From the NCBI RefSeq assembly GCF_044704955.1, contig NW_027254352.1, positions 3,224,001-3,288,000 of the forward strand: a stretch of 64,000 nucleotides of DNA, read 5' to 3'. The position numbers and the translations under genes are program-made. This document shows, in pieces, positions 25,701 through 38,600 of this stretch. The stretch's first letter is position 1. Each line of letters begins with the position of its first letter. Origin of the DNA: Pristiophorus japonicus. Lineage: Eukaryota. The notes under the pieces were generated by a model. The model did not search any database. It saw nothing but the letters and a program-made list of their open reading frames with translations, and was not told the DNA's origin.

Positions 25701-28700
25701 ACAAGGCCAGGGAGCGAGTGAGTGTGTGCCTCACTACCCCCAGTGCAGGAAGGCAGGGAGAGTGGGCCACAGGAACCCCAGAGCAGGTAGGGAGGGAGTG
25801 TGGGCCTCTGTACTCCGAGGGCAGGTAGGGAATTTGGGCCTCAGTACCCCCAGGGAGGGAGGGAGGGAGTCTGGGCCTCAATACCCCCAGGGCAGCTAGG
25901 GAAGGTGTGTGGGCCTCAGTACCCGCAGGGCAGGCAGGCAGCGAGCATGGGCCTCAGCACCTCCAGGGCAAGGAGGGATGGAGTGTGGGCCTTCGTACCT
26001 CCAGGGTAGGTAGGGACCGTGGGCCACAGTACCCAAGGACAATGATGGAGGTAGAGTGGGCCTCTGTACCTTCAAGGAGGGAGCGAGAGAGTCTGGGCCT
26101 CCATACTCCGAGGGCAGGGAGGGAGAGAGTTTGGGCCTCAGTACCCCAGGGCAAGGGGGGAGGGTGTATCGGCCTCAGGACCCCAGGGCAAGGAGGGAGG
26201 GAGTGTGGGACTCAGCACCCTTAGGGCAGGGAAGTAGGGAGTGTGGACCTTAGTACCCCGAGGGCAGGGAGGGAGTTTGGGCCTCAGTACTTCAAGGACA
26301 GGTAACGAGGTAATTTGGGCCTCAGTACCTCCAGGGCAGGGAGCGAGTGACGGCCTCAGTACTTCCAGGGAGGGAGGACAGTAGGGTGGGCCTCAATACC
26401 CCCAGCGCAGGAGGGTGGGAGTTTGGGCCTCAGTACCACAAGGCCAGGGAGGGAGGGCGAGTGGGCCTCAGTACCTCCTGTGGAAGGATGGAGCGAGTGC
26501 AGGCCTCAGTACCCACACGGCAGGGAGGGATAGACTGTGGGCCTCAGTATCCCCATGGCAGGGATGGAGGGAGCGTGGCCCTCAGGACACCCAGGTCAGA
26601 GTGTGAGGGAGTGTGGGTCTCACTACTCCCAGGGCAGGGACTGAGCGTGAGTAGGCCTCAGTACCTCCAAGAACCGAGGGATTGTGGGCCTCTACCCCCA
26701 GGGCAGCGAGGGAGGGAGTGTGGGCCTCAGGACACACAAGTTATCGAAGGAGTGAGTGTGGACCTGAGGACACGCAGGTCATGTGGGGAGGGAGTGTGGG
26801 CCTCAGCACCGCCAGGGCAGGGAAGGAGGGAGTGTGGACCTTAGTACCCCGAGGGCAGGGAGGGAGAGAGTGTGGGCCTCAGTACCTCCAGGTCAGGGAA
26901 TGAGGGAGTTTGGGATCAGTACCTCCATGGCAGGGAGGTAGGGTGGGTGTGTCGGCCTCAGTACCACCAGAGAAGGGAGTGAGTGTCGACCTGTGTACCC
27001 CGAAGGCAGAGAGGACCGGAGTGTGGGCCTCAGTACGCCCAGATATTGAGGGAGTTTCGGCCTCTGTATCCCCAGGGCAGGGAGGGAGTTTGGGCCACAT
27101 TACCCCGAGGACACGGAGGAAGGAAGTGAGAGTGGGCCTCAGGACCCGCAGGGCTGGGAGGGAGGGAGTGTAGCCTCAGGACCCCCAGGGCAGGGAGGGA
27201 GGGAGTGTGGTCCTCAGTACTCACAGGGCAGGGAGTGAACGTGATTGGGCCTCCGTACCTCCAAGGAGCGAGGGATTGTGGGCCTCTACCGCCAGGTCAG
27301 AGAGGGAGGGAGTCTGTGCCTCCGTACACCCAGGGTTGGGAGGGAGGGAGGTAGATTGGATCTCAGTACCCCAGGGCAGCGAGGGAGGGAGTGTGGGCCC
27401 CAGGACACCCAGGGCAGCGAAGGAGGGAGTGTGGACCTCAGGACACGCAGGGCAGGGAGTGAGGGAGTGTGGGTCTCAGTACCCACAGGACAGGGAAGGA
27501 GTGAGGGTTTATTGGCCACAGTACTCCTAAAGCAGGTATGGAGGGTGAGTGGACCTCAGTAGCCGCAAAGTTGGTGGGAAGGTGTGTAGGCCTCTGCACC
27601 CCAAGGGCAGGGAGCGAGAGAGGGCCTCAGTACCCCTGGGCAGGTAGGGAGGAAGTGTGGCCTCAGTACACCCAGGGCAGAAAGGCAGCGAGTGTGGGCC
27701 TCAGTACCCCTAGACAGGGAGGTAATGTGGGCCTTAGTAGACCCAGGGCAGAGACGGATGAGTTGTGAGCCTCAGTACCCCCATGGCAGGGAGGGAGATG
27801 TGTGGGCCTCAGTAACCCCAGGGCGGGGAGGGAGGGAAGCAGAGATTGTGGGCCTCATTACCCTCAGGGCAGGGAGGGATCGCGTGTGGGCCTCAGTACA
27901 CCCTGGGCAGGGACGGAGGGAGTGAGTGCGGACCTCATTACCCCAGGGTAGTGAGGGAGGGAGAGTGGGCCTCAGTACCCGCAAGGTAAGGAGTGAGGGT
28001 GTGTGGGCCTCAGAATATCAAGGGCAGCGAAGGTTGGAATGTGGGCCTCAGTAATCCACGGCAGGGCGGGAGGAGTGTGTGCCTCAGTACCCTCAGCGCA
28101 GGGAGTGAGGGATTGTGGGCTTCAGTATCCGCAGGTTAAGGATGGAGCGAGTGTGGGCCTCAGTACCCACTGTGCAGGTAGAGAGGGAGTGTGTGCCTCA
28201 GTATCCCAAGATAGGGATGGAGTTTGGGCCTCAGGACCCCGAAGACAGTGAGGGAGGAAGAGCGTATGGGCCTCAGTAAACCCAGGGCAGGGACGGAGTG
28301 AGTGTGATCTTCAGTACCTCCCGGGAGGGAGTGAGGGCCTCAGTATCTTCAGGGAGGGAGGGACGGAGTGTGGTCCACCGTACCCTCAGGGAAGGGAGGG
28401 AGTGAAGGCCTCAGTAACTCCAGAGAGGGAGTGAGTGCCGCTGTACCTCCAGTGAAGCAGGGAGGGTGTGAGTGTGGGCCTCAGTACCCAAAGGGCAGGG
28501 AGGGAGTTTGAGCCTCAGTACCTCCAGGGCAGGGAGGGGGGGAGTGAGGGCCTCAGTACCCACAGGACAGTGAGGGAGTTTGGGCTAAGTACCACCGGGG
28601 AAGGGAGGGAGGGAATGTGGGCCTCAGTACACCCAGGGTGTTGAGGGAGGCAGCTTGGGCCTCAGTACCACAAGGCCAGGGAGGGAGGGAGTGTGGGCCT

Positions 28701-29619
28701 CAGTACCACAAGGCAGAGAGCGATGGAGTGTGTGCCTCAGGACCCCCAGGGCTGTGAGGCAGTGTGAGACTCAGTACCCCCAGTTTGGGGAGGAAGGGAG
28801 CTTGGGCCTCAGTACCCCCAGGGTAGAGAATGAGTGAGTGTGGGTCTCAGTAACCCAAGGATAGGGAGGGAGGGAGTGAGATTGGGCCTCAGGACCACTA
28901 GGGCAGGGATGGAGGGAGTGTTTGCCTCACTACCTACAATGCAGGAAGGCAGGGAGAGTGGGCCTCAGGAACCCCAGAGTAGGGAGGGAGTGTGGGCCTC
29001 TGTACCCCCAGGGCAGGGAAGTAGTTTGGGCCTCAGTACCCCCAGGGAGGGAGAGATGGAGTGTGGGCTTCAGTATACGCAGGGAGGAAGAGAGGGAGTG
29101 TGGGCCTCAGTACCCCCAGGGCAGAGAGGGACGGAGTTTGCGCCTAAGTACCTCCCGATATTGAGGGAGTGTGGGCCTCAGTACCAACAGGGAATGGAGG
29201 GAGGGAGAGAGGTATGTGGGCCTCAGCACCCCCAGGTGGCGAGGGAATTTGGGCCTCAGTATCCCCATGGTAGCGGGGGAGTGAGTGTGAGTCTCAGTAA
29301 CCCAAGAGCATGGAGCGAGGGAGGGTGGGCATGTTTCCCCATTGTAGGGAGGGAGGGCGTGTGCACCTCATTACCCCCACAGTAGGGAGGGAGGAAGTGT
29401 GCGGCTCCGTACCCCTAGAGCATGGAGGGAGGAAGTTTGGGCCTCAGTACCCCCAGGGAGGGAGAGAGGGAGTGTGGGCTTCAGTATATCCAGGGAGGAA
29501 GAGAGGGAGTGTGGGCCTCAGTACCCCCAGGGCAGAGAGGGACGGAGTTTGGGCCTAAGTACCTCCCGATCGTGAGGGAGTGTGGGCCTCAGTACTGCCA
29601 GTGGTGGGAGGGAGCGAGG

Positions 29620-32600
29620 GAGAGTTTGCATTGGTGGGTAGGAGAGCTTGTGCGGTTGGGAGAGCTCGGGTGGGTAGGAGAACTTGTGGGTTAGGAGAGC
29701 TGGGCTGGCACAAGAGCTTGCAGGGGTAGGAGTTGTTGCTGGGGTGTAGGATAGCTTTGGGTGGTAGGAAAGCTTGGGGTGTAGGAGAGCTTGCGCGGCG
29801 GTAGGAGAGCTTGTGGGGGTAGGAGAGCTTGGGTGGGTAGAAGATCTTGGGAGGGTTGTGGGAGAGCTTGCTGTGGTAGGAGAGCTTGGATGGGGTGGAA
29901 GAGCTTTGCGGAGTAGGAATGTTTATGGGGTTAGGAGAGCTTGGCGTGTAGGAGAGCTTGGTGAGGTAGGGGAGCTTATGGGTTGGAGAGCTTGGTGGGT
30001 AGGAGAGCTTGTGGGTTAGCAGAGCTGGGCTGGCACAAGAGCTTGCAGGGGTAGGAGTTGTTGCTGGGGTGTAGGATAGCTTTGGGTGGTAGGAAAGCTT
30101 GGGGTGTAGGAGAGCTTGCGCGGGGGTAGGAGAGCTTGTGGGGGTAGGAGAACTTTGGGAGGTGGGATAGCAGAACTGTTGGTGTGCAGGAGAGCTTGGG
30201 GTGGTTGGAGAGCTTGTGGGGGTAGGTGTGCTTAGGGGGATAGGAGAGATTGTGGGTGAGGATAGATTGGGCGGTGAGGGTAGGAGAGCTTGCGAGTTAG
30301 GAGAGTTGGGGGCAAGGGAGCGTGGGGGACATGAGACCTTGGGGCGGTAGGAGAGCTTGGGGAGGTCGGAGAGCTTGGGGGTTGGAGAGCTTGGGCGCGT
30401 AGGAGAGCTTGGGCGAGTAGGAGAGCTTGGGGGTTAGGAGAGCTGCGGTTGCAGGAGAGGTTGCCGGGGTAGGAGTTGTTGCGGAGGTGTAGGATAGCTT
30501 TGTGTGGTAGGAAAGCTTGTGGAGTAGGAGAGCTTGCGGGGGGGTTGAAGAGCTTGGTGGGGAAGGAGAGCTTGGGAGGGGTCGGAGAGCTTGGGTGGTG
30601 TTGGAGGTTTTGCCGGGTAGGAGAGCTGAGCGGGTAGGCGAACGTACCGGCGGGGGATAGGAATGCTTGGAGTGTAGGACTGCCTGAGGGGTAGGAGAGA
30701 TTGGGAATAGGAGAGCTTGGGTTTAGGAGAGTTTGCGGGGGGCGGTAGGAGAATTTCGGGTGTAGGAGAGCTTGGGACGGTAGGAGAGCTTGGGACGGTA
30801 GGAGAGCTTGTCGGGTGGGAGCGCTTGGGCCGTAGGAGAGCTTGGAGGGGTAGGAGAACTTCGGAGTTGGTAGAAGAGCTTGCAGGGGAAGGAGAGCTTC
30901 GAAGGTGGGGGTTAAGAGACATTGGGAGGGCAGGAGAGCTTGTGGGGGTAGGATAGCTTGGGGTGTGTAGCAGAGCTTGCGGGGTAGGAGAGCTTGTGGG
31001 TAGGTGAGCTTGCGGGGGTAGAAGATCTTGTGGTGGGTAGGAATTCTTCGGGGTTAGTCGAGCGTGGGATGTAGGAGATTTATGGGGTGCAGGAAGCATG
31101 GGGGTTAGGAGAGCTTGGGCTGTCGCAGCGCTTGGGGGGCATGAGAGCTTGGGGTGTAGGAGAGCTTGGGGGTAAGAGAGCATGGGGGATAGGATAGCTT
31201 GGCGGGGTAGGAGAGCATGGGGAGGGTAGGAGAGTTTCGGGGGATCGGAGAGCTTGGGGGTGTAGGAGACCTTATCAGGGGATAGGAGAGTTTGGGGATT
31301 GTAGGCGAGCTTGTGAATCTGGGAGTGCTTGTGGGGTAGGAGAAATTGTGGGTGTTGGAGAGTTGTGGGGTTCGAAGAGCGTAGGTGGGGGTAGGAGAGC
31401 TTGGGGGTAGGAGAACTTGCGGGGGGGTTAGAAGACCTTGGATGGGGTTGAAGAGCTTGGCAAGGGAGGAGAGTTTGAGACGGTGGGAGAGCTTGGGGGC
31501 GGGGTAGAAGAGCTTGGGAAGGGTAGCAGAGCTTGGGAAGGAAGGGGAGCTTGGATGGTAGGACACTTCGGGGTGTAGGAGATCATGGCGGGGTAGGAGA
31601 GCTTGCGGGAGGGTGGAGGAGAGTTTGGTGTGTAGGAGAGCTTGGGGTAGGAGCGCTTGGGGGGGTTAGGAGAGCCTGGGGGGTAGGAGAGCTTGGTGGG
31701 TGTAGGTGAGCTTGGAGGTTTAGGAGAGCTTGGGCGGGAAGGAGAGCTTGGCGGCGAAGGAGAGCTCAGCGGGGTAGGAGAGCTTGGTGGAATATGGGAA
31801 CTGGTCGGGTCTGAGAACTTGTGTGATGTCGGAGTGCTTGAGGGGTTAAGAGAACTTGGGGGGAGGGGTAGGAGAGCTTGCGGAGAAGGTGAGCTTGGGT
31901 TGTTACGAGAGCTTGGGTGGTGGAGGAGGGCTTGAGGGGCTAAGAGAACTTTGCGGTGTACGAGAGCTTGGGGAGGTAGGAGAGCTTGCGGTGTAGGGGA
32001 GGTTGGGCGGGTATGCGAACTTGGGGAGGTAGGAGAGCTGAGGGCTAGGAGAGCTTGATGGGAGGAGAGCTTCGGATTTAGGAGAGCTTGGGTTGTTTGG
32101 AGAGCTTGGTGGGTTAGGAGAGCTTGGGGAGGGGGTTAGGAAACCTTTGAGAGTAAAGGTGAGCTTGGGGTGGTAGGAGATCTTGGCGGGTAGGAGAACT
32201 TGTGGGGAATGAGGGAAGTGGTGATAGGGGAGCTGGCGGGGTAGGAGAGCTTGATAGGTAGGAGAACTTGGCGGGTAGAAGAGCTTGGTGGGTAGGAGAG
32301 CTTTGGCGGTAGGAGATCTTGGGGGAAGAGAGCTTGCGGGATAGGAGAGCTTGGGCGGGTGCGAGACCTTGAGAGGGTAGCAGAGCTTGGCAGGGTAGGA
32401 GCGTTTGGCGGGTATTACAACTTGTTGGAAGGTGAGTTTGGGGGCTAGGAGAGCTAGCGGGTTTGCAGGGCCTGGCGGTTAGGAGAGCTTGCTGGGGTAG
32501 GAGAGCGTGAGGATTAGGAGAGTTTGGGGTTCGGATAGCTTGGGCGTGTAGAATAGTTTATTGGGTAGGAGAGGTTGGGCATTTGAAGAGCTTGGAGCGT

Positions 32601-35600
32601 AGGGTAGTTTGGGTGCTAGCTGAGCTTGGCGGTGTAGGATATCTTGAGGGGGGGGGGCGCAGGATTGCCTTGGGGGTAAGAAGACCTTAGGGGTGGTACG
32701 AGAGCTTGACGGGCAGGAGTGGTTGGGTGGGTAGGAGAGCTTTGGCAGTTGGAGAGCTTTGGTAAGAAGGAGAGCTTGTGGGGGATGAGAGATTGGGGTG
32801 GTACGAGAGCATGTGGGGTCGGAGAGATTGTGAGCATAGGAGAGCTTGGTGAGTAGCAGTGCTTGCGAGGTCGGTGAGCTTGGGGGTGGGTAGGGGAGAT
32901 GTGGGGAGGGTAGGAGATGTTGGGTGGGGGTTAAGTGAACTTCGCGGCGTAGGAGAGCTTGTGGTGGTAGGAGAGCTTGGTGGGGTTACCAGAGATTGCG
33001 GAGTAGGAGAGCTTGGGGGTAGGTGAGCTTGGGGGCGAAGGAAGCATGGTGTTTCGGAGAGCTTGGACGTTCGCAGAATTTGGGGATAGATGAGCTTGTG
33101 GAGTAGGAGAGCTTCGCGGTTATGAGAGCTTGTCGGGGTAGGAGAGCTTGCTGGGGTGGGGGGTAGGAGAGCTTAACGTGGTAAGAGAGCTTGTATGTGT
33201 AGGAGACCTTGCGGGGAGTAGGAGAGATTGGCGGGTGTAGGAGAGCTTTTGTGGGGCGGGGAGATTGGAGGGGTAGGAGTGCTTGTGGTGGTAGGAGAGA
33301 TTGACTGGGTCGGAGAGCTTGCGGGGTTTGGAGAGCTTGGAGGCGTTGGAGAGCTTGGGGCGTGTAGGATAGCTTGAGATGGTAGGAGAGCTTGTGGGGT
33401 ATGAGAGCTTGGCGCGGTAGGAGAGCTTGGGCGGGTAGGCGAGCTTTAGTGCAGGAGAGCTTGGCGGGAGCAGGTCAGCTTGCGTGGTCGGAGAGCTTGG
33501 GGCGGTACGAGAGCTTGCGGATTATTAGACCTTGGGGGGTAGGCGAGCTTGCGTGTGGGTTGGAGGGCTTGGGCCTGTAAGCGAGCTGGGGGGGTGTGAG
33601 ATCTTGCGGGGTAGGAGAGCTGGGGCGGTAGGAGAGCTGGGACGGTATCAGAGCAGGGTGGTTGGGTGAGCTTTGCGGGGAGGAGAGCTTCGTGGGTAGG
33701 AGTCTTTATGGGTTAGGAGAACTTGCGGGGTAGGAGAGCTTGAGTAGGTTACGAGAACTTGGAGGCGTCGGAGAGCTTGGCGGTAGCAGAGCTTGTAGGG
33801 TCGTAGAGCTTGGGGGCAGGAGAGCTTGTGGGCTCGGAGAGCTGGGGAGTGGGTAGGAGTGCTTGGGGTGCAGGAGAGCTTGGAGGATTAGGAGAGCTTG
33901 GGCGGGTCGGAGAGCTTTAGAGGGTGGGAGAGCTTGGCGTGGTAGGAGAGATTGGCGGGTAGGAGAGCTTGTGGGTAGGTGAGCTTGGGGGCTAGGAGAG
34001 CTAGCGGATATGCAGTGCTTAGCGTGTAGGAGAGCTTCGATGGGGTAGGAGAGCATGGGGATTAAGAGAGTTTGGGGTTAGGTTTGATTGGGCGTGTAGC
34101 ACAGTTTATTGGGTAGGAGAGGTTGGGCATGTAGGAGAGCTTGGAGCATAGGGGAGTTTGGGTGGTAACAGAGCTTGGCGGTGTCGTACACCTTGGAGGG
34201 GGGTGGGGGCAGGATTGCCTTGGGGGTTAGAAGAGCTTAGGGATAGTATGAGAGCTTTGCGGGTCGGAGTGGTTTGGAGGGTAGGAGTGCTTTGGCGGAC
34301 GGAGAGCTAGGGCGGGTATCAGAGCTTGGCTGGATAGGAGAGATTGGACGGCAGGAGAGCTTGGGAGGTGGTAGCACTTGCGGGGTGGGAGAGCTTGTGG
34401 AGTAGGAGAGCTTGGGGAGGTAGGAGAGCTTGGGGGTGGTGGAGAGCTTGGGGCGAGAACAACAGCTTGCGGGGTAGGAGAGCTTGTGGGGTACGAGAGT
34501 TGGTGGGATAGGATAAATTGGGACGTAGGAGAGCTTGTTGAGGGTAGGAGAGCTTGTGGAATCGGAGAGGTTGCGGTGTGGGAGAGCTTGTGGGGTAGGA
34601 GAGCTTGGGATGGTAGGAGAGTTTGGTGGCCTAGGAGAGCTTGGGGGGATAGGAGAGCTTAGGGGGGTAGGAGACCTTGTGGGGATAGGCGATCTTGCGG
34701 GTGCAGGAGAGCTTGCGGGGTAGGAGTGTTTCGGGTGTAGTAGAGCTTCGGTGTGTAGGAGAGCTTGTGGGGTAAGAAGAGCTTAGGGGTAGTAGGAGAG
34801 CTTGGCGGGAAGGTGAGGTTGGTCGGTAGCAGAGCTTGGCTGGATAGGAGATCTTGGGCGGGTAGGAGAGCTTGGCCAGTTGGAGAAATTGTGCGGGGGT
34901 TGGAGATCTTGGGGAAATAGGAGAGCTTGGGTGAGTGGGAGAGACTTGGGGTATTGTTGAGCTTGTGGGTGGTAGGAGAGCATGGGGGTAGGATAGCTTG
35001 CTGGGTAGGAGAGTTTAGCAGAGTAGGAGAGCTTGGGGGTAGGAGCGGTTCGGGAGTAGGAGAACTTGCGGTGGCAGGAGAGCTCGGCGGGGGTAGGAGT
35101 GTTTGGGAGGTAGGAGAGCTTGAGCACATATGACAGCTTGCGGCGGTACGGGAGCTTGGACGGGTAGGAGAGCTTGGCGGGGTAGGAGAGCTTCGAGGGT
35201 AGGAGAACTTGAAGAGTAGGAGAGCTTGGGTGGCAAGGAGAGATTGGGGGGGTAGTAGGGCTTGGCGAGGGTTGTAAAGTTTTGGGGGGTAGGAGAGCTT
35301 GGGGGAAGGAGAGGTTGTGAGTTGGAGGGCTTGGGGGGTACGAGAGCTTTGCGGGTTCGGAGAGCTTGAATCGTAGGAGAGCTTGAGCGGCATCAGACTT
35401 GCGGGGGGAAGGAGCATTTGCGGGTGTAGACGAGCTCTGGTTTAGGAGAACTTGAGGCATCGGAGAGCTTGTGGGGTAGGAGATCTTGGGGCGGGCTTAG
35501 GAGAGCTTGGTGGGGAGGAGAGCTTGGCGTGTCGGAGAGCTAGTGGGGGGAGGATAGCTGGCGGGTAGGAGAGCGTGGTGGGTTGGAGAGCTTGGGGGTA

Positions 35601-38600
35601 GCAGTGCTTGGGGGATAGTGGAGCTTGCGGATGGGTAGGAAAGCTTGGAGGCATTGGAGAGCTTGGGTGGCAGGAGAGCTTGGGGGGGTAGTAGCGATTG
35701 GAAATGGTTGGAGATCTTGAGTGGTAGTCGCGCCCGGAGGGAGTATGAGAGCTTATGGGTCTTGGAGAGCTTGGGGGGGTCGGAGAGCTTGGGCGGGTAG
35801 GAGAGCTGGCTGTGTACGAGTGCTTGACGGCAGGAGAGCTTGCGGGTGTCGGAGAGCGGAGGGGATAGCAAAGCTTGGGGAGTAGAGGAGCTTGCGGGGT
35901 ATGAGAGCTTGGTGGGAAGGAACGCTTGGGCGATCGGAGAACTTGGGGGTCGGAGAGGTTGGGCTTAGGAAAGCTTGGGGGCGTAGGTGAGCTCGGCGTG
36001 GGGGAGGAGAGCTTCGCCGGTATGAGCGTTTGGTAGGTGTTGGAGAGATTGGGCTAGAGGAGAAATTGTGGGTGTAGCATTTTGGGGTATAGTCGAGTTT
36101 GGGTGCGCGTAGGAGAGCTTGGGTGGTAGGATAGCTTGGGTCTAGGTGTCTTGCGGGTGTAGCAGAGCATGGGGGCTCGGAGAGCTTAGGGGGTCGGAGA
36201 TCTTGGAGGGGTAGGAGAGCTTGGGGGTGGTACCAGAGCTTGGGATAGTAGGAGAACTTGTGGGATAGGAGAACTTGGGGGTTAGGAGAGATTTTTGGGG
36301 TAGAACTGCTCTTATGGATTGGAGAGCTTGGGGTAGGAGTGGAATGGCGGTAGGAGAGCACGAACGCGTATGAGAGCTTGGGAGTGTAGGACAGCTCGGT
36401 GGTATGATAGTTTGGGGGATAGGAGAGCTTGCGGGGTAGGAGAGCTTGAGAGGGAAGAGGTGCTTGGAGGGTAGGAGATCTTGGCGGGGCAGAAAAGCTT
36501 GCGGGTGCGTAGAAGATCATGCGGTTGAAGGAGAGTTCGATGGTCGGAGAGCATGGGCGGGTAGGAGAGCGTAGGTGTGCAGGAGAGCTTGGGTGGATAG
36601 GACACTTCGGGGGTGCAGGAGAGCAAGGCGGGGTAGGAGAGCTTGGGGTGGTGTAGGAGAGCTTTGTGGGTCGGAGAGCTTGTGGGGTAGGATAGCTTTG
36701 GGGTGGGAGTAGGAGAGCTTGCGGGTTAGGATAGTTTGGGGGGGCAGGAGAGCTTGGGGACATGAGAGCTTGTGGCGGTAGGAGAGCTTGGGTGGTTAGG
36801 AGAGATTGGGGGAGGTAGGAGAGCTTGAAGGGGTAGGAGAGCTTGGGGTGTAAGAGAGCATGGGGATGAGGAATGCTTGGGCGGGTAGGAGAGCTTGATG
36901 GGTGGAGAGCTTGGGGCTTTGTGAGCTTGCGGTGTAGGAGAGCTTGTGAGTTCGGAGAGCGTGGCGGGTAGGGGATCTTTGGTGGTGTAGGAGAGCATGG
37001 GGATGAGAAGTGTTTGGAGATTAGGAGAGCTTTGGGGGTAGGAGTGCTTTGTGGGTTGGTGAACTTGGTGGGTTGGAGAGCTTGTGTCAGGAGAGCCTGG
37101 GCGGGTAGGAGAAATTGTGGGTTAGGAGAGCTGGGGTAGCACGAGAGCTTGCGGTGGTAGGAGTTGTTGCAGGGGTGTAGAATAGCTTTGGCTGGCAGGA
37201 AAGCTTGGGGTATAGGAGAGCATTCGCTGGGTAGGAGAGCTTGTGGGGGTTGAAGAGTTTGGGGAGGGTGGATAGGAGAACATTTGTGGTGCAGGAGAGC
37301 TTTGGGTGGTTGGAGAGCTTGTGGGGGTAGGTGTGCTCAGGGGGATAGGAGAGCTTGGGGGTAGGATAGCTTGGGCGATGAAGGTAGGATTGCTTGCGAG
37401 TTAGGAGAGTTGGGGGGCCGGAGAGCTTGGGGGACATGAGAGCTTGAGGCAGTAAGAGTGCTTTGGGGGGATAGGAGAGCTTGGGGGAGGTCGGAGAGCT
37501 TGGGGGGAAGGAGAGCTTGGGTGCGTAGAAGAACGTGGGCGGGTAGGAGAGCTTGGGGGTTCGGAGCGCTGCGGTGGCAGGAGCGCTTGCTGGTGTAGGA
37601 GTTGTTGCAGAGGTGTCGGATAGCTTTGTGTTGTTGGAACGCTTGGGGTGTAGGAGAGCTTGCTCGGTGGTTGGAAAGCTTGGCGGGGAAGGAGAGCTTG
37701 GGTGGTGTCGGAGAGCTTGGGTGGTGTTGGAGATTTTGCAGCGTAGGAGAGCTTAGGGGGTAGATGAGCTTTGGGTGTAGGACAGACTGAGGTGTCGGAG
37801 AGATTGGCGGTAGGAGAGCTTGGGGGTTAGGATAGGTTGGGGGTGGGGTAGGAGATATTCGGGGGTATGAGAGCTTGGTGGGCTAGAAGAGCTGTGGCGG
37901 TACCATATCTGGGGAATTAGGGGATCGGAGGCACTGGCTGAGCTTGGGAGGTAGGTGAGTTTGCGGGTTCGGAGAGCTTGGGAATTAGGAGAGCTTTGGT
38001 GGGTAGGACAACTTGGGGGGATTGAGAGCTTGGGGCGGTGGTAGAGATTGGAGGGGTGGGAGAGCTTGTTGGGTTGGAGAGCTTGACGGGGCAGGAGAGC
38101 TTTGGGGGGGGTCGGTGAGCTTGGGGTTGGTTAATAGAGCTTTGTTGGGTAGGAGAGCTTGGGGGTTTGAGAGCTTGGGGCGGTGGGAGAGTTTGGCGGG
38201 ATAGTAGAGCTGGGTGGGTAAGAGAGCTTGAGGGGGAGGAAAGCTTGAGGGGGGAGGTTGGAGAAATTGCGGGGGTTGGAGAGCTTAGGGTGGTTGGAGA
38301 ATTTGTCGGGGAGGAGAACTTGGGGAGGGGGTAGGAGAGCTTTGGTGGTGTTTGAGAGCTTGGGGTGGAAAGCGTGCATGGATGGTGTAGAATTGATTGG
38401 CGGATTTAGGACTGCATTGGGGATAGGAGAGCTTGGTGGGGTAGGACAGCTGGAGCGGTAGAAGAGCTGGGGAAGTAGTAGGGTTGCGAGGGTTGGAGAA
38501 CTTGAGAGTAGGAGAGCTTGGGGATAGGAGAGCATGAGAAGGAAGGGAGGCTTGGAGGGTAGCAGAGCTTCGGGGGTGTAGGAGAACTTGTGGGGATGAG

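Larger units (their letters stand above)
1..29615 (+). repeat. G-rich satellite A, ~38-bp monomer GTGTGGGCCTCAGTACCYCCAGGGCA(GGGA)n
   Basis: The core GTGGGCCTCAGTAC recurs every ~30-42 bp without interruption from position 1 to ~29595 (e.g. 14721-14850). Monomers differ mainly in the number of GGGA units and by point substitutions. Overlapping ORFs repeat the same peptides in all three frames (VWASVP / CGPQYPQG / VGLSTPRAGREG), as expected for a non-coding repeat. Confidence 0.97.

Noticed and set aside
1-29615. Match to the human PRDM9 hotspot motif CCTCCCTNNCCAC on the minus strand
   Set aside because: CCTCCCT arises trivially from (GGGA)n, and the motif is specific to human PRDM9 alleles while the host is unlikely to be human.
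9-29694. Many Gly/Arg/Glu-rich ORFs up to 353 aa
   Set aside because: All three frames give the same rotating peptides from the 38-bp monomer, most starts are GTG/TTG, and no domain or splice structure is recognisable.
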